A stretch of 63,995 nucleotides of DNA, filler included, from Craspedostauros australis (taxonomy: Eukaryota), in NCBI GenBank assembly GCA_030167865.1. It is 12 parts of 12 records of this genome, joined end to end, with 100 filler letters (N's around TTAATTAATTAA, not from the genome) between each part and the next. Parts side by side here need not be neighbours in the genome. Positions count along the whole stretch, not along the records: positions 10,544 to 15,229 come from JALAGF010005885.1; positions 15,330 to 17,714 come from JALAGF010005887.1; positions 17,815 to 20,231 come from JALAGF010005888.1; positions 20,332 to 23,234 come from JALAGF010005891.1; 8 more parts are not named here. One strand, given 5' to 3'. The translations under genes were made by a program, and so were the position numbers. A model generated the notes under the pieces. It was not told where the DNA came from, ran no database searches, and saw only the letters and a list, made by a program, of their open reading frames with translations. Shown here one piece after another: positions 11,631 through 23,334 of the stretch. Each line of letters begins with the position of its first letter. Within the stretch, counting starts at the first letter, position 1.

Positions 11631-12696
11631 GCTGTGTGGTTTGCACAGATCCTCACGAACGATGTACATGTGCCCTCTGGACATCACTGGGGTCACCATG
11701 ACCATTGCCACCTTTCCTGGTGCGAGAGGTCCATCACGTTTGATGGTAACGCCCTCAACATTCAGCTTCATCAGCGAGTGGACATGACACACACCAAGGT
11801 CATGAACCCTGCCATGTGAGTCCGTGTGGGATGTCACCTTCACATAGTCACCAGCGAGCATCATGCTTGCGAGCTGAAGATCACAGTGATTGCAGGATGG
11901 TGTGTGCTGTGTTGATGGAGGCTGCAGTTGAGTTGAAAGGCGCGTCGCAACACACACCAGAAACACGAGGACAGCAACACAGCGCACCGCATCATCAGCC
12001 GTCGAAGCACAGCACAGCACAGCACAGCGCATCACAGAGGGCATGGGCAACATGGGAGGACAGTCACAAGGTGCATTGTATCATCCGCTCTCTCCCATGT
12101 GGAGGGTCATAGTCATTCTACATTGTTGTACAAACTATAACTACAAGCATCACAGAGACAGGAGCAGCTGGTTCGAGATGCGCAGTGTTTCCGTTGTCCA
12201 CTTTGTGAGGATAGTTTTTGGTGTTGTGGAATGGAGCCGCAATTCGGGACTCGCAAAGTGTTCTCATTGATGGGCACATTTGGTAGAATTGTGGTTAATC
12301 TCCATGGCCCCCAACAGCAAAAACTGAATGAGAACACCAAACACAACACAACAACACGACAAGGGAGACACACAACAAAACTCCTCAAGCGCCGTCGAAC
12401 GGCATCATCGGCGCTGCGATAACCAGCGGTCCAGTGCAAGATCTGAGCGTATTGGCGGAACCGCCATGGAAAAATTGGTGGATGAGCAAGAGGGGTCTGT
12501 CGGAGTGGTTTGATTTGGGACCGTGGCAGGCCCATGCGCAACCGACACGATTTGGAGGAGAATCCGCTGGTTGGATATGGTCTCTGCCTGGAATGCACAG
12601 GCGATTCCAACAACTATTGATGGGCAAGACGCATCCAGGAGGATGATATGAAGGTGGCCACGAAGTTTGAGGGTCGGGGGTGGCCTGGAAGGTTCC

Positions 12697-13593
12697 CTCC
12701 GCAAGAAACAAGTGGAGGGCAAGAGTGTTTTGGTGGGTGGCAGCAGACACATCACGTGGCTTCGCTGGTGATGGGTGCCATTCACAAGTCACCCAGATCG
12801 CCAAGCCACCCATACAAGATGTGTTTGTAATCAAATGAGGAACAAGGATATGGAAGATATTCCGAGTTGGATTGTCTGGAAGAGGCTGCAAGGTGGGATG
12901 CACACAAAATGGTTTGTTTGGGGTGTGTCAAAACAACTCCATGGTGGCATCATCACATGGAGATGTAACTTTGGAGGTATGAACTCCCACCCCATTCTGA
13001 ACACATCAGTGTGTCGCCAGAGAATGTGGGAACGCATGAGGGGCATGTGGAGGAGCTGCAAGGATTGTATCGACAAGATACGGATCCAAATATGAATGGC
13101 ATCCGCGTCGAAATCGGGTGTTCAAAATTTCTGCGTTTCAGCGCAGGGAGGCTTTGGGGTGTGCAATGCACATCCAACACGGAGAGCTTCATGGAGTGGA
13201 TAGATGGGGCGTATATGGAGCCAATGTGGTGCGCATATTACGAGAATGCCAGGATGATGATGATGATCATGGGTGCTGAAGGTAGGGCAGCATGGTGCTG
13301 TTGAGAACTTTTTGCGGCATTCACCACCTGACAGACAGCAAGCCAAAACGACATTAATAATAAAGTTCATACAAATTTAACTTCAATATTCAGAATAAGC
13401 GATAGCTAAACGTCCGGATACACTGTCTAGTTTTAATTTTCAATGGCGTGGTGTTGAGATATAGCATCATAAGCAGTTGTTTGGATGGTATTGGGTGTGC
13501 TCTATTTTAGTCTACTTTAACACGACTCATCACCCACAACACTCAACAACACTCCACAACTAGCGTTATCGTTGGTGCATCAACTACGATCTG
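12697..13593. repeat. Dispersed repeat (unclassified, probably a decayed DNA transposon); inverted homolog at 16822-17714
   Basis: Reverse-complement similarity over ~900 bp, ending sharply at ...GTGCATCAACTACGATCTG versus CAGATCGCAGTTGATGCAC. Confidence 0.75.
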
Positions 13594-13708
13594 CAGCTCG
13601 TATGCCATTCGGAGCTTCCATTCATCACAACAATACCTTACATTACATTGCATTACATGGCATTGCACAGCATTGAGTAGAGCACTATTCTACATAGCAC
13701 TACATATA

Positions 13709-13751
13709 ATAGCATCACATAGCATCACATAGCATCACATAGCATCACATA
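13709..13751 (+). repeat. Minisatellite (ATAGCATCAC)x4
   Basis: Direct read. Confidence 0.9.
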
Positions 13752-13790
13752 CTCAGGCATACTACTGCGACTGATCACAACAGGACAGGC

Positions 13791-14684
13791 ATGACGACAA
13801 TGATAGAACCTCTCTCAGTGTTGACAATGTTGGACACTCCCGCTGCACCACCGCAAATGACTGGAATGGACAGCAGCTGCAACGACAGCACTCATGATGC
13901 TGCGCCGCGCACATCGCTGCACAAGAGCGATCGCAGGCAGCAGCGCGGCTTCGTCTTCGAGATGGACGGTGCTTACGATTGCAAGCACTCCGCATCGCTG
14001 TCGTCCATCGAGACGTTGCCNNNNNNNNNNNNNNNNNNNNNNNNNNNNNNNNNNNNNNNNNNNNNNNNNNNNNNNNNNNNNNNNNNNNNNNNNNNNNNNN
14101 NNNNNNNNNNNNNNNNNNNNNNNNNNNNNNNNNNNNNNNNNNNNNNNNNNNNNGTGGCGATCGGACCGCCGCTGACGATGCAGTGGGAACCGAGCCGAGA
14201 GTACACTGCTGTTCTCAACGACTCCTCGCGATCGCTGCCGCGCCGCCGATCCTCGGTGCTGTGTTCCATGACGACGTCGCTGCTCAACAATAGACGCAAC
14301 ACGCTGCAACCACTGACGCCGCAGCAACGGCATGTGCGGTTGCGCCAGAACGGCATCACCGTGCAGGAGATTCAGAGTGCCATCGCCGTGTCGCAGCTCA
14401 TTCTGCAGCAGCGCATGAAGACGCAGATGAANNNNNNNNNNNNNNNNNNNNNNNNNNNNNNNNNNNNNNNNNNNNNNNNNNNNNNNNNNNNNNNNNNNNN
14501 NNNNNNNNNNNNNNNNNNNNNNNNNNNNNNNNNNNNNNNNNNNNNNNNNNNNNNNNNNNNNNNNNNNNNNNNNNNNNNNNNNNNNNNNNNNNNNNNNNNN
14601 NNNNNNNNNNNNNNNNNNNNNNNNNNNNNNNNNNAGTTGTCCATTGAGCAACTACACTACCAGACGACTGTGTTCGTGACATGA
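13791..14684 (+). CDS. Hypothetical protein resembling a diatom-type family (GPPLTMQWE...RLRQNGITVQEI motif), gapped
   Basis: ATG start, GC-rich coding character and motif resemblance. Two N gaps prevent confirming the frame. Confidence 0.5.
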   Translation: MTTMIEPLSVLTMLDTPAAPPQMTGMDSSCNDSTHDAAPRTSLHKSDRRQQRGFVFEMDGAYDCKHSASLSSIETLXXXXXXXXXXXXXXXXXXXXXXXXXXXXXXXXXXXXXXXXXXXXXVAIGPPLTMQWEPSREYTAVLNDSSRSLPRRRSSVLCSMTTSLLNNRRNTLQPLTPQQRHVRLRQNGITVQEIQSAIAVSQLILQQRMKTQMXXXXXXXXXXXXXXXXXXXXXXXXXXXXXXXXXXXXXXXXXXXXXXXXXXXXXXXXXXXXXXXXXXXXXLSIEQLHYQTTVFVT

Positions 14685-15146
14685 CTTGCTTAGGACTCTC
14701 ATGTGTACTGCTGCAGCGTACGAATGTTGATGTGGTAGGAACATATATAGCATGTTATTACGATAGGTCCCATCCATTGACAGTATCTTTCATGGTGGAG
14801 ATCAAAAGGAAAAGCAGAGTGCGGTTTGAGGATGGCGAGATGGCGAAGGAACCACATCGCAGATACCGACACTGAATGTAACCCTATGTTAATGGTGGAA
14901 ACAAGCAACCCATGTTCACAACTGCCAATGGCGTTACTCGCAACAGTGTATACCATTCAATGAGGTAGATAATTACCTCCCGATTGATCCTCCCTCGATT
15001 CGCCTCTATCACAATCAAACACTGGTTGTTGTCCGCAAGCAGCGTCGCAAGAGCCATGTTATCGCGTGATTCGGGCCTCTTTTGTGCCCTTCGTGATACA
15101 ATGCACCGACAAAACTCTCACATGTGTATGAGTGAGATTTAGAAGG

Positions 15147-15229
15147 TAATAGAGCTAAACTAGTAACCACCTTAGCGAGAGAGACTACGAATCATCCGAC
15201 TCATCAGCATTCCAGTAGATCGAACGGAC
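15147..15229 (+). mobile_element. 5' end of TA-terminated LTR (same family as 48379-48907), cut by scaffold end
   Basis: TAATAGAGCTAAACTAGTA...CAGCATTCCAGTAGAT matches the sequence from 48379 onward. Confidence 0.8.
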
Positions 15230-16555
15230 NNNNNNNNNNNNNNNNNNNNNNNNNNNNNNNNNNNNNNNNNNNNTTAATTAATTAANNNNNNNNNNNNNNN
15301 NNNNNNNNNNNNNNNNNNNNNNNNNNNNNCAGAGGCACACTCCGAGCGTGAAATTGAAGCAGGCCACACTGGCACCATCGAACAGTATCCCAGCAGAGTA
15401 AATCATGAGTGAATCCTGAACAAGTTGATGGGATGAATCATTGCTCGGTTGCGCAAGTTGCTCGCAGTCATGGCTGCAGACAAAAGAAAGGGCAAGAAAC
15501 AAAAGGGAGGCACGGAGACAGCGACCCACAACACTGATATNATTCCAGCAGGCGGGTCAGCCGTCGAAGATGGCGAGATGCAGCCACNGGGATGCCCCGA
15601 GGACCGTCAAAATAAAAAGGAATGCTTGCCAGCCTATCCACGATGGATCCCAAGGAGGAGATCAAAATGACCAAATGATTGCGGCAGGGTGAGCATGCAG
15701 CAAGGTACTGTCCAGATGTGAGGAGAACCTGTGTTGCCTGTTCAGTGTGTTGACACTGGATCTGTCCAGGATGCAACTTGTATGCTTGCTGATACATTGA
15801 AGCTGACAAACAGGAGTGGCTCACGACATGTGGCATTACCCTAACCATGGCATTAACAAACATCGCAAAAGGAGCGGACGCAATCATTGTTCACAACTTA
15901 TGTCATCGAATTGTGCACAAGGAGCCTGTCGAATGGGTAGAGAAGGTGAAGGCCCAGCATCAATGAGAGAAGCCACCACAATGAATGCCTTTATCAGCGC
16001 AAACACAGATGAGACAACCGCCAAAGCTACAAATGCAGCAACAGAGATAGCAAGAGAGGTGAGCAACGAAAGCAATGACAACGCCGACGGTGAAGCCACC
16101 ACTGCCAAGGCACATCAAACAAACACGGCCACAATAATTAGCTCAAGGGTGCCTGTCCTGAATCTGGAAGCAGCAATACAAGCTGCGCACAAGGCAGACG
16201 CCGAAGCCAGGATCCAGAGCAGAGATACAGAGGTCATAACTCACGGTCTGCATGGAAGGAAGCAGAAACGATGATATGCAATACGAATTATGTACACCAA
16301 CGTTTTCCACGCACAAGAGGCTTGCAAGGATGACTGTAGCATAACAGTAGAGAAAGACAATATAATGCAGAGTAGAGTCAGTGTTGATTGCTGTTATTGT
16401 GTAAGGAAAGAACAGAGGAGGTGCGTCTCAACGCAAAATCGCTGTGTGCACAAGTTTACACGCAGCAACACGAAGCATCCAAAAAATGTGACAGGTTGGG
16501 GTGGTCGAAGTAGTCTTTTCTCAGATGAGCGAAATTCGACTACTTTTTTTGTGGT

Positions 16556-16645
16556 CGTAAGTGGACTCCTCAGTCCACTTACGAAACAACAAAAATGGTA
16601 AGTGGACTGAGGAATCCACTTAGCCGTAAGTGGACTCCTCAGTCC
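16556..16645. repeat. Three alternating copies of palindromic motif CGTAAGTGGACT-CCTC-AGTCCACTTACG
   Basis: 16556-16583 is a perfect 12-bp inverted repeat, 16598-16622 a reverse copy and 16625-16645 a partial copy. Confidence 0.85.
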
Positions 16646-16821
16646 CGAAAAATTCCTTACGGATATTCTCGGAACCGTGAGTGGTGTTGGATGTTGTATG
16701 GTAGATCATTTCTTTTTGGTGTGACGTCACGTCACGCGGCGCGGCGCCCAGCGGCGTGTGCCAATCGCTATCAACGTTCAATCCAGTAGGCAAGCGCTCA
16801 CTCTTTCTACTCTACGAGGTC

Positions 16822-17714
16822 CAGATCGCAGTTGATGCACTCACGATAACACTAGTTGTGGAGTGTTTTTTGGGTTTTACTCGTGATGAGTCGTGATAAA
16901 GTAGACTAAAATAGAGCACACCCAAAACCATCCAAACAACTGCTTATGATGCTATATCTCAACACCATATCGTTTAAAATTAAAAATAGACAGTGCATTC
17001 GGACGATTGGCTATAAGTGATTCTGAATATCCAAGTTAAATGTGTATGAACTTTATTTTTAATGTCGTTTTGGCTTGCTGTCAGTCAGGTGGTGGGTGCA
17101 AAAAATTCTCGATGGCACCATGCCGCCCTACCTTCAGCACCCATGATCATCATTATCACCCCTGGCATTTTCACAATCCGCGCACCACATTGGCTCTGCA
17201 CACCCCCCATCTATCCACTCCATGAAGGACAGAAAAATCTGGGCGCATTGGATATCCCAAAGGCTCCCTGCACTGAAACGCAGAANNNNNNNNNNNNNNN
17301 NNNNNNNNNNNNNNNNNNNNNNNNNNNNNNNNNNNNNNNNNNNNNNNNNNNNNNNNNNNNNNNNNNNNNNNNNNNNNNNNNNNNNNNNNNNNNNNNNNNN
17401 NNNNNNNNNNNNNNNNNNNNNNNNNNNNNNNNNNNNNNNNNNNNNNNNNNNNNNNNNNNNNNNNNNNNNNNNNNNNNNNNNNNNNNNNNNNNAAAAAATC
17501 CCTTTTGTGTGCATCCCAGGCTGCAGCCTCTTCCAGACCTTTGTTTTTTCTGGCGCTTCATGAACCGATCCCTGAGTTAATTCTGAACACATCTTGAATG
17601 GGTGGCTTGGCGATCTGGGTGACTTGTAAGTGGCACCCATCACCAGCGAAGTCACGTGATGTGTCCGCCGCCACCCACCAAAAAACTCTTGCCTGCCACT
17701 TGTTTCTTGCGGAG
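16822..17714. repeat. Dispersed repeat, inverted homolog of 12697-13593
   Basis: See 12697-13593. Truncated by the scaffold end. Confidence 0.75.
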
Positions 17715-17814
17715 NNNNNNNNNNNNNNNNNNNNNNNNNNNNNNNNNNNNNNNNNNNNTTAATTAATTAANNNNNNNNNNNNNNNNNNNNNNNNNNNNNN
17801 NNNNNNNNNNNNNN

Positions 17815-18946
17815 GGTGGTGACAGCGGACGAGGAGGTGGTCGAGGAGGAAAGCAACAGGCCAGGAGCTCACCAGCAAAAAGACGTCGCCAACTTGTCTC
17901 ACAGAGGATGAGAACTGTTGGATTTGGAGCCACCAGCTGGAGCGAAAATGGGGTGACATCCTCCAGGAACGCAACCTGCTGATCAGAGGGTCTGAACCCT
18001 TTGTGCACACGATGAGGGAAGAAGGCGCTATGGATGAAGTACTGGCATTTGTGAAGGACCTGGATGAGGCCCTGAAAGAGGGCGCCTCTCTTGATGACTC
18101 AACGGGCATGTTTCACGATGCGTACTTCAACAAGATGTCNGCAGACATGAACCTACGCATGGTCAAGCTGATGGTCAGACTGGTTGCCACCTCCAACAAA
18201 TTCTCTGGAGGGCTGTGGAAGTCCAAGCAGATCAAGGAAACACACAAGACAGCAGCATGGATTGGCGTGAGGATGGCACCCATGATGGTCAAAGGCATGC
18301 CTCTGGACAACAAAAAAGAAGAACAGGTGAAATTCCCCAACCTGGTGGCAAAACAAGAAACAGCGAAAACTAAGACACAAGGTTGTGACGTTTCCGCACA
18401 AGCAGCCAAAACCGCAGGGCCTCCACAGTGTGAATGATGTGCTCAGCAAGTACCACAAGATGTTCTTTGACGTCCAACTCCCCATGAAGCGTGAAGGCCA
18501 TGACTCCCCGCTGGTGCAGGTTATCGCCGGTATGAACGCCCTTCGTGCATTCATTTTCAGGGCGGACTCGAAGGCGCAGATCATTGCGTGGCATAAAAAC
18601 AATACAATGCTTCCATGGACCTCCACTGACGTACCATGGTCCACAAGGGAGACCCTGAAACAAATTGTGGAGAGTCTCTATNNNNNNNNNNNNNNNNNNN
18701 NNNNNNNNNNNNNNNNNNNNNNNNNNNNNNNACAAGGGAGACCCTGAAACAAATTGTGGAGAGTCTCTATGCAAAGACGGGATCCATGACATACAACAGA
18801 CTGCGGGCTGCTCATGAGCAGGAGATTGAAGCATTTGACAATGACAGTACCCTGAGCATGGCAGCCATTCATTTTCGCAAGTCAGATATCCAGGAGCACA
18901 ACATCATTGCAGCCAGCTGGTTGTTTGGGAGCCACAGCACTACCAA
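17815..18946 (+). pseudogene. Frameshifted coding remnant, possibly a LINE ORF1-like protein, truncated by 795-bp element
   Basis: Consecutive ORFs 18003..18437, 18385..18747 and 18636..19001, ending IQEHNIIAASWLFGSH at the insertion. Family assignment is tentative. Confidence 0.3.
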
Positions 18947-19741
18947 TGTTGGCAAGTTCCGCTCACGGAAACCTACGATCGTGGAAGGTGGTATTGGTTG
19001 ATAGTCGTTCGTTTGCTATTTCATTAGTTGGTTACTCCGATCCTCTCGGTGTACACCAGTTGTCTTGCCTGATGCTCTCGGCGCTTCAATCTGTTTCGTA
19101 GATTCGGTCTCCGACTATGAGTCGGTATGCGAGATGCTCTCTTGCTCTTCTCTCTCTCTTTACTCTCTCTCTCTCTCAACATCGTGTACTTGCGCTACAC
19201 GATACTCTGTGTTTGATGCGTACTCCGCATTCGACACTCCGTTCATTCAGTACTGGCTCCTATTCCATGAGTACTCACCATTTGAAGTCCATCTTCAGTA
19301 TCCATGATCTTTGTGGGTCATCGGATCTTCGCCTCCTGCTCTGACTTGGAGACAGCTGTCGACGTGGTGACACGATGACATCCTGTCGACATCAGTAGGC
19401 GTCCTTCTGCTCTCCAGATGTCACGTTCCATTGGTGATGCAGCAGTCTGTCAGATGATATTGTCATCTGAGGTTTAGTTGGGAAGTACCTCAAGATTCTC
19501 TTGGTGCCATTGATGGATGGACGGACGATCTTTCAATTCTCTCAGAAATCGTCGATTGCAAATTTCCTCCAGAAATCTTGCCCCTTTTCATGTGTTCCAT
19601 TTCCGCTGTAATTCTGACGAATCACAGTATACTATCGACACGAATGTGGTTATACCGTCCAGGTGCGTATGAGAGAATAGCGGGTGAACGATGCACATAT
19701 ACTCATACATCTCGACATATACTCACATGTACATCTCGACA
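18947..19741 (-). mobile_element. 795-bp LTR-like element, copy 3 (complete, ungapped, no TSD)
   Basis: TGTTGGCAAG...ATCTCGACA. Flanks TACCAA and TTCTCA. Confidence 0.92.
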
Positions 19742-20050
19742 TTCTCACGATATTGGAAGAGCAAAACCTTGAATTCGACTTGTTGGCTGTGCTGTCGGCT
19801 GTCTGCTGCCTGCTATGTGCTGCTGTGTGATGATTCCCAAACTTGTTGTTGCAGGAGTGTGAGAATTGGAGCGTAAGCAAAAAGAGACATCGAGTCAAAC
19901 AAGTCAAAGATATCACGATTAGCACAGGAGGTACAAGAGCACAGGAAACACAGAGGATGACCAGTGAGGACAGGTCAGCCACTGACATCAACAGCAACAA
20001 AAACAAACACAGGGGCGGCATCGACGCTCATGATCCCAATTGGATCACAC

Positions 20051-20081
<31 letters not shown>
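20051..20081 (+). repeat. Microsatellite (CAT)10
   Basis: Direct read. Confidence 0.95.
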
Positions 20082-20331
20082 TGTAGCACCACATTCCAAG
20101 AGTGAAAGCTCTGTCTTGCTTGCTATCAACTATTCCTTATCACACAAGCAACTGCTTCCATCCGAGTACTGCAAGCAACAGCAAACATCAACCATCACAA
20201 TTGATACGAATACAACAACCCTCATTGCCCTNNNNNNNNNNNNNNNNNNNNNNNNNNNNNNNNNNNNNNNNNNNNTTAATTAATTAANNNNNNNNNNNNN
20301 NNNNNNNNNNNNNNNNNNNNNNNNNNNNNNN

Positions 20332-23234
20332 CCAGGATCTGATTCTCCGTGTGATGTGGCTACCAAGTCAGATAGTGCATGCACAACGGGTTGTCTAGGT
20401 TTAGGCGTGCTGTCACTATCGAAATCATCTGGATTTACGGTTTCGCTAGCTTCGTCACCCACGTCACCCTCCTCCCCAGAAGCAGGCAGGGGGTAGTCCG
20501 CCCGAAGGTTTCGCGCGTCATCAGACACACGTCGGATGCTCGAGCGTGGCAACAGCCGTTGCGTTGCATCATCCAGTACCCAGAACGTCAGTTCGTCACC
20601 CTTGTGCTCGCACGGTCCAGCCCAGCGTCCACGCCGTTCCTGCGTGGTGCTCGGGAAGGCAGCATTCCCAACCTTGTAGTACACTGGCTCCCACCAGTGG
20701 AAGTTGAGGTACTTGCTCACGTCGGGACGTTGGCCAGTGGCGGCTTGGATGGGTGTGATGTGACCGGCCGTGGACTGTGACAGATGGTTGAGCAGTCCCA
20801 CGACGTACAAGGTGCAGATGAGCCAGAACCTGGCAGGGGTGCCAGTNNNNNNNNNNNNNNNNNNNNNNNNNNNNNNNNNNNNNNNNNNNNNNCGCTCGAC
20901 AGGATTCTGATGTTGGTGGTGTGGTTCGGACTGGTGGTCTGCGATGCAGTACTGCCGGAGGATGTCCTTCATCTTGCCTCCGAGTTGTGCTGTGGCGTTG
21001 TCAGACATCAACACGTCCATGGCACCATGCTCCCGAATGAAGTCCTGCACAACATGGGGAACATAGGATTCGCTTGCCAGAGGGTACGCCGCTGTGAGGC
21101 GCGTGTTGGATCCTACAAACACCTGTACCATGGTACATCCACCGTGTCCNNNNNNNNNNNNNNNNNNNNNNNNNNNNNNNNNNNNNNNNNNNNNNNNNNG
21201 ACACACGTCGGATGCTCGAGCGTGGCAACAGCCGTTGCGTTGCATCATCCAGTACCCAGAACGTCAGTTCGTCACCCTTGTGCGCGCACGGTCCAGCCCA
21301 GCGTCCACGCCGTTTCTGCGTGGTGCCCGGGAAGGCAGCATTCCCAACCTTGTAGTACACCGGCTCCCACCAGTGGAAGTTGAGGTACTTGCTCACGTCG
21401 GGACGTTGGCCAGTGGCGGCTTGGATGGGTGTGATGTGACCGGCCGTGGACTGTGACAGATGGTTGAGCAGTCCCACGACGTACAAGGTGCAGATGAGCC
21501 AGAACCTGGCAGGGGTGCCAGTNNNNNNNNNNNNNNNNNNNNNNNNNNNNNNNNNATCCTGGATGCGTCGCTCGACAGGATTCTGATGTTGGTGGTGTGG
21601 TTCGGACTGGTGGTCTGCGATGCAGTACTGCCGGAGGATGTCCGTCATCTTGCCCCCGATCTGCGCCGTGGCGTTGTCGGACATCAACACGTCCATGGCA
21701 CCATGCTCCCGAATGAAGTCTTGGACAACNNGGGGAACATGGGACTCGCTTGCCAGAGGGTACGCCGCTGTGAGGCGCGTGTTGGATCCTACAAACACCT
21801 GTACCATGGTACATCCACCGTGTCCGGGGACTCCGTCATGGTGAGCAGGCGTGTCAGAGAACAGCGTGTCCATGGAAACAACATCGTGTAGTCGGTTGAC
21901 ATTGGCTGCGGGGAATCTAGACTTATAGTGCTTACGCATGGGATAACGCTCAGACATGCGATACCACTGGGTAGTACATGCAAGAGTGTCACGCACGCGG
22001 TCTGCTGGAATCCACCCGAAGTACGGCCGTAGCGCATGGAAATCGGGCGCTTTACCCACGATGTTGCGTGGCCCGGCCTTGGTTGCCTTCTCCCCATCCC
22101 CGATCGTTGCAGCGGATTGAACGTACTGAACACACTTGGAGATGGTGATGTCGATGTCGTTGTCGTCGCCTTCGCCGCGTTCGGTTGCGGGAATGTTGTC
22201 CAGATCAGCCTCCCCGTCCAGGACAGATGGGTCCCACTCTTGGTCGGAAGTGAAGAACACGTGTGGCAGATCGTCTAGCTCTGCCTGAGTTGGCCTGTGC
22301 ATGTCCATGTATGCGAGGCCTTGACGCACGGTGAGTGGGATGATGAATCCGTCTGGCGTGACGATGGTTTGCCGACCGCCAGGGAGGTTCTTGGGTCNCT
22401 CNTTGACATCCAATCCAAACGCNGCGAGTTGNTTGGCAGAATGGATGGTGCGCCCTTTCCCGTAGTTGGCGTACTGATGGAACCAACCGATCACCGGTCC
22501 TGAGGTGGTCTGGATGACGGCAGTGGCTGTGACCAGTGCCAGATCCTTGATCTCTGCGTCACCGATTCCAGAAACATCAGCGCGGTTGGACGTGGACTCC
22601 ATCACCAGCATGTCCTCACCAACAAGACCGCCGTTCGCACCTCCATCCACCAATGCGCCTTGCACAGTCACGTTCGTGTTGTTGAACTTGTACGATACGT
22701 TCGTGTGANNNNNNNNNNNNNNNNNNNNNNNNNNNNNNNNNNNNNNNNNNNNNNNNNNNNNNNNTTGCTGTTCCAGCGGTAGAACTAGACTCGTTATTGT
22801 TACTACCATTGTCGTTGGTCTGAGTGTCCTGTTGGTCGTTCTGGTTGGTTGTGGATCCACTGCGGTTGGTGTTGTTGGCGGAACGCCTAGGCTTGTCCTT
22901 CTTACCACGTCCAGACTTGGCTCGCCGGGCTTGGAGGAAGTCGCTGCGTTGCTTNTCNGNCAGNTTCTGNAACTCCTCTCGCGGCAGCCGTTCTCGTGTC
23001 TCCTTGCTGTAGTCCTTGTTGGGCTTCCAGAGATTGGGTCCGTCGTCCTTATCCTTCCCGCGCTGCTTGCGCTGGTCGGTGTTGTTGACTTGGCGCGGCG
23101 ACTTTGGCTTGTTGGCGTCGTGGCCATCGAGCTGGACAGCGTAGGATCGAACGAGCTCAACGAGGGTATCGAACTCCATGGTGGTCGTGGACGTGCCGGG
23201 TGAGTAGGCCAGAATTGCGGTCTGCAGGTAGTCA
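20332..23234 (-). mobile_element. Ty1/copia (CoDi-like) internal fragment: gag end, protease, integrase
   Basis: Protease ALVDGGANGG and integrase MDTLF...SDNA...HQNPVERRIQD. The integrase segment is duplicated across a gap. Close relative of 54626-56853. Confidence 0.9.
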
Positions 23235-23334
23235 NNNNNNNNNNNNNNNNNNNNNNNNNNNNNNNNNNNNNNNNNNNNTTAATTAATTAANNNNNNNNNN
23301 NNNNNNNNNNNNNNNNNNNNNNNNNNNNNNNNNN

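Noticed and set aside
16556..16645. CRISPR array
   Set aside because: Only three units, alternating orientation, spacers of 14 and 2 nt, no cas genes, eukaryotic context.
20332..21820. Tandem duplications of integrase or other segments (also near 3040, 18700, 23960, 53990, 60530, 63330)
   Set aside because: Each pair straddles a 50-N gap, typical of unmerged overlapping contigs or alternative haplotypes.
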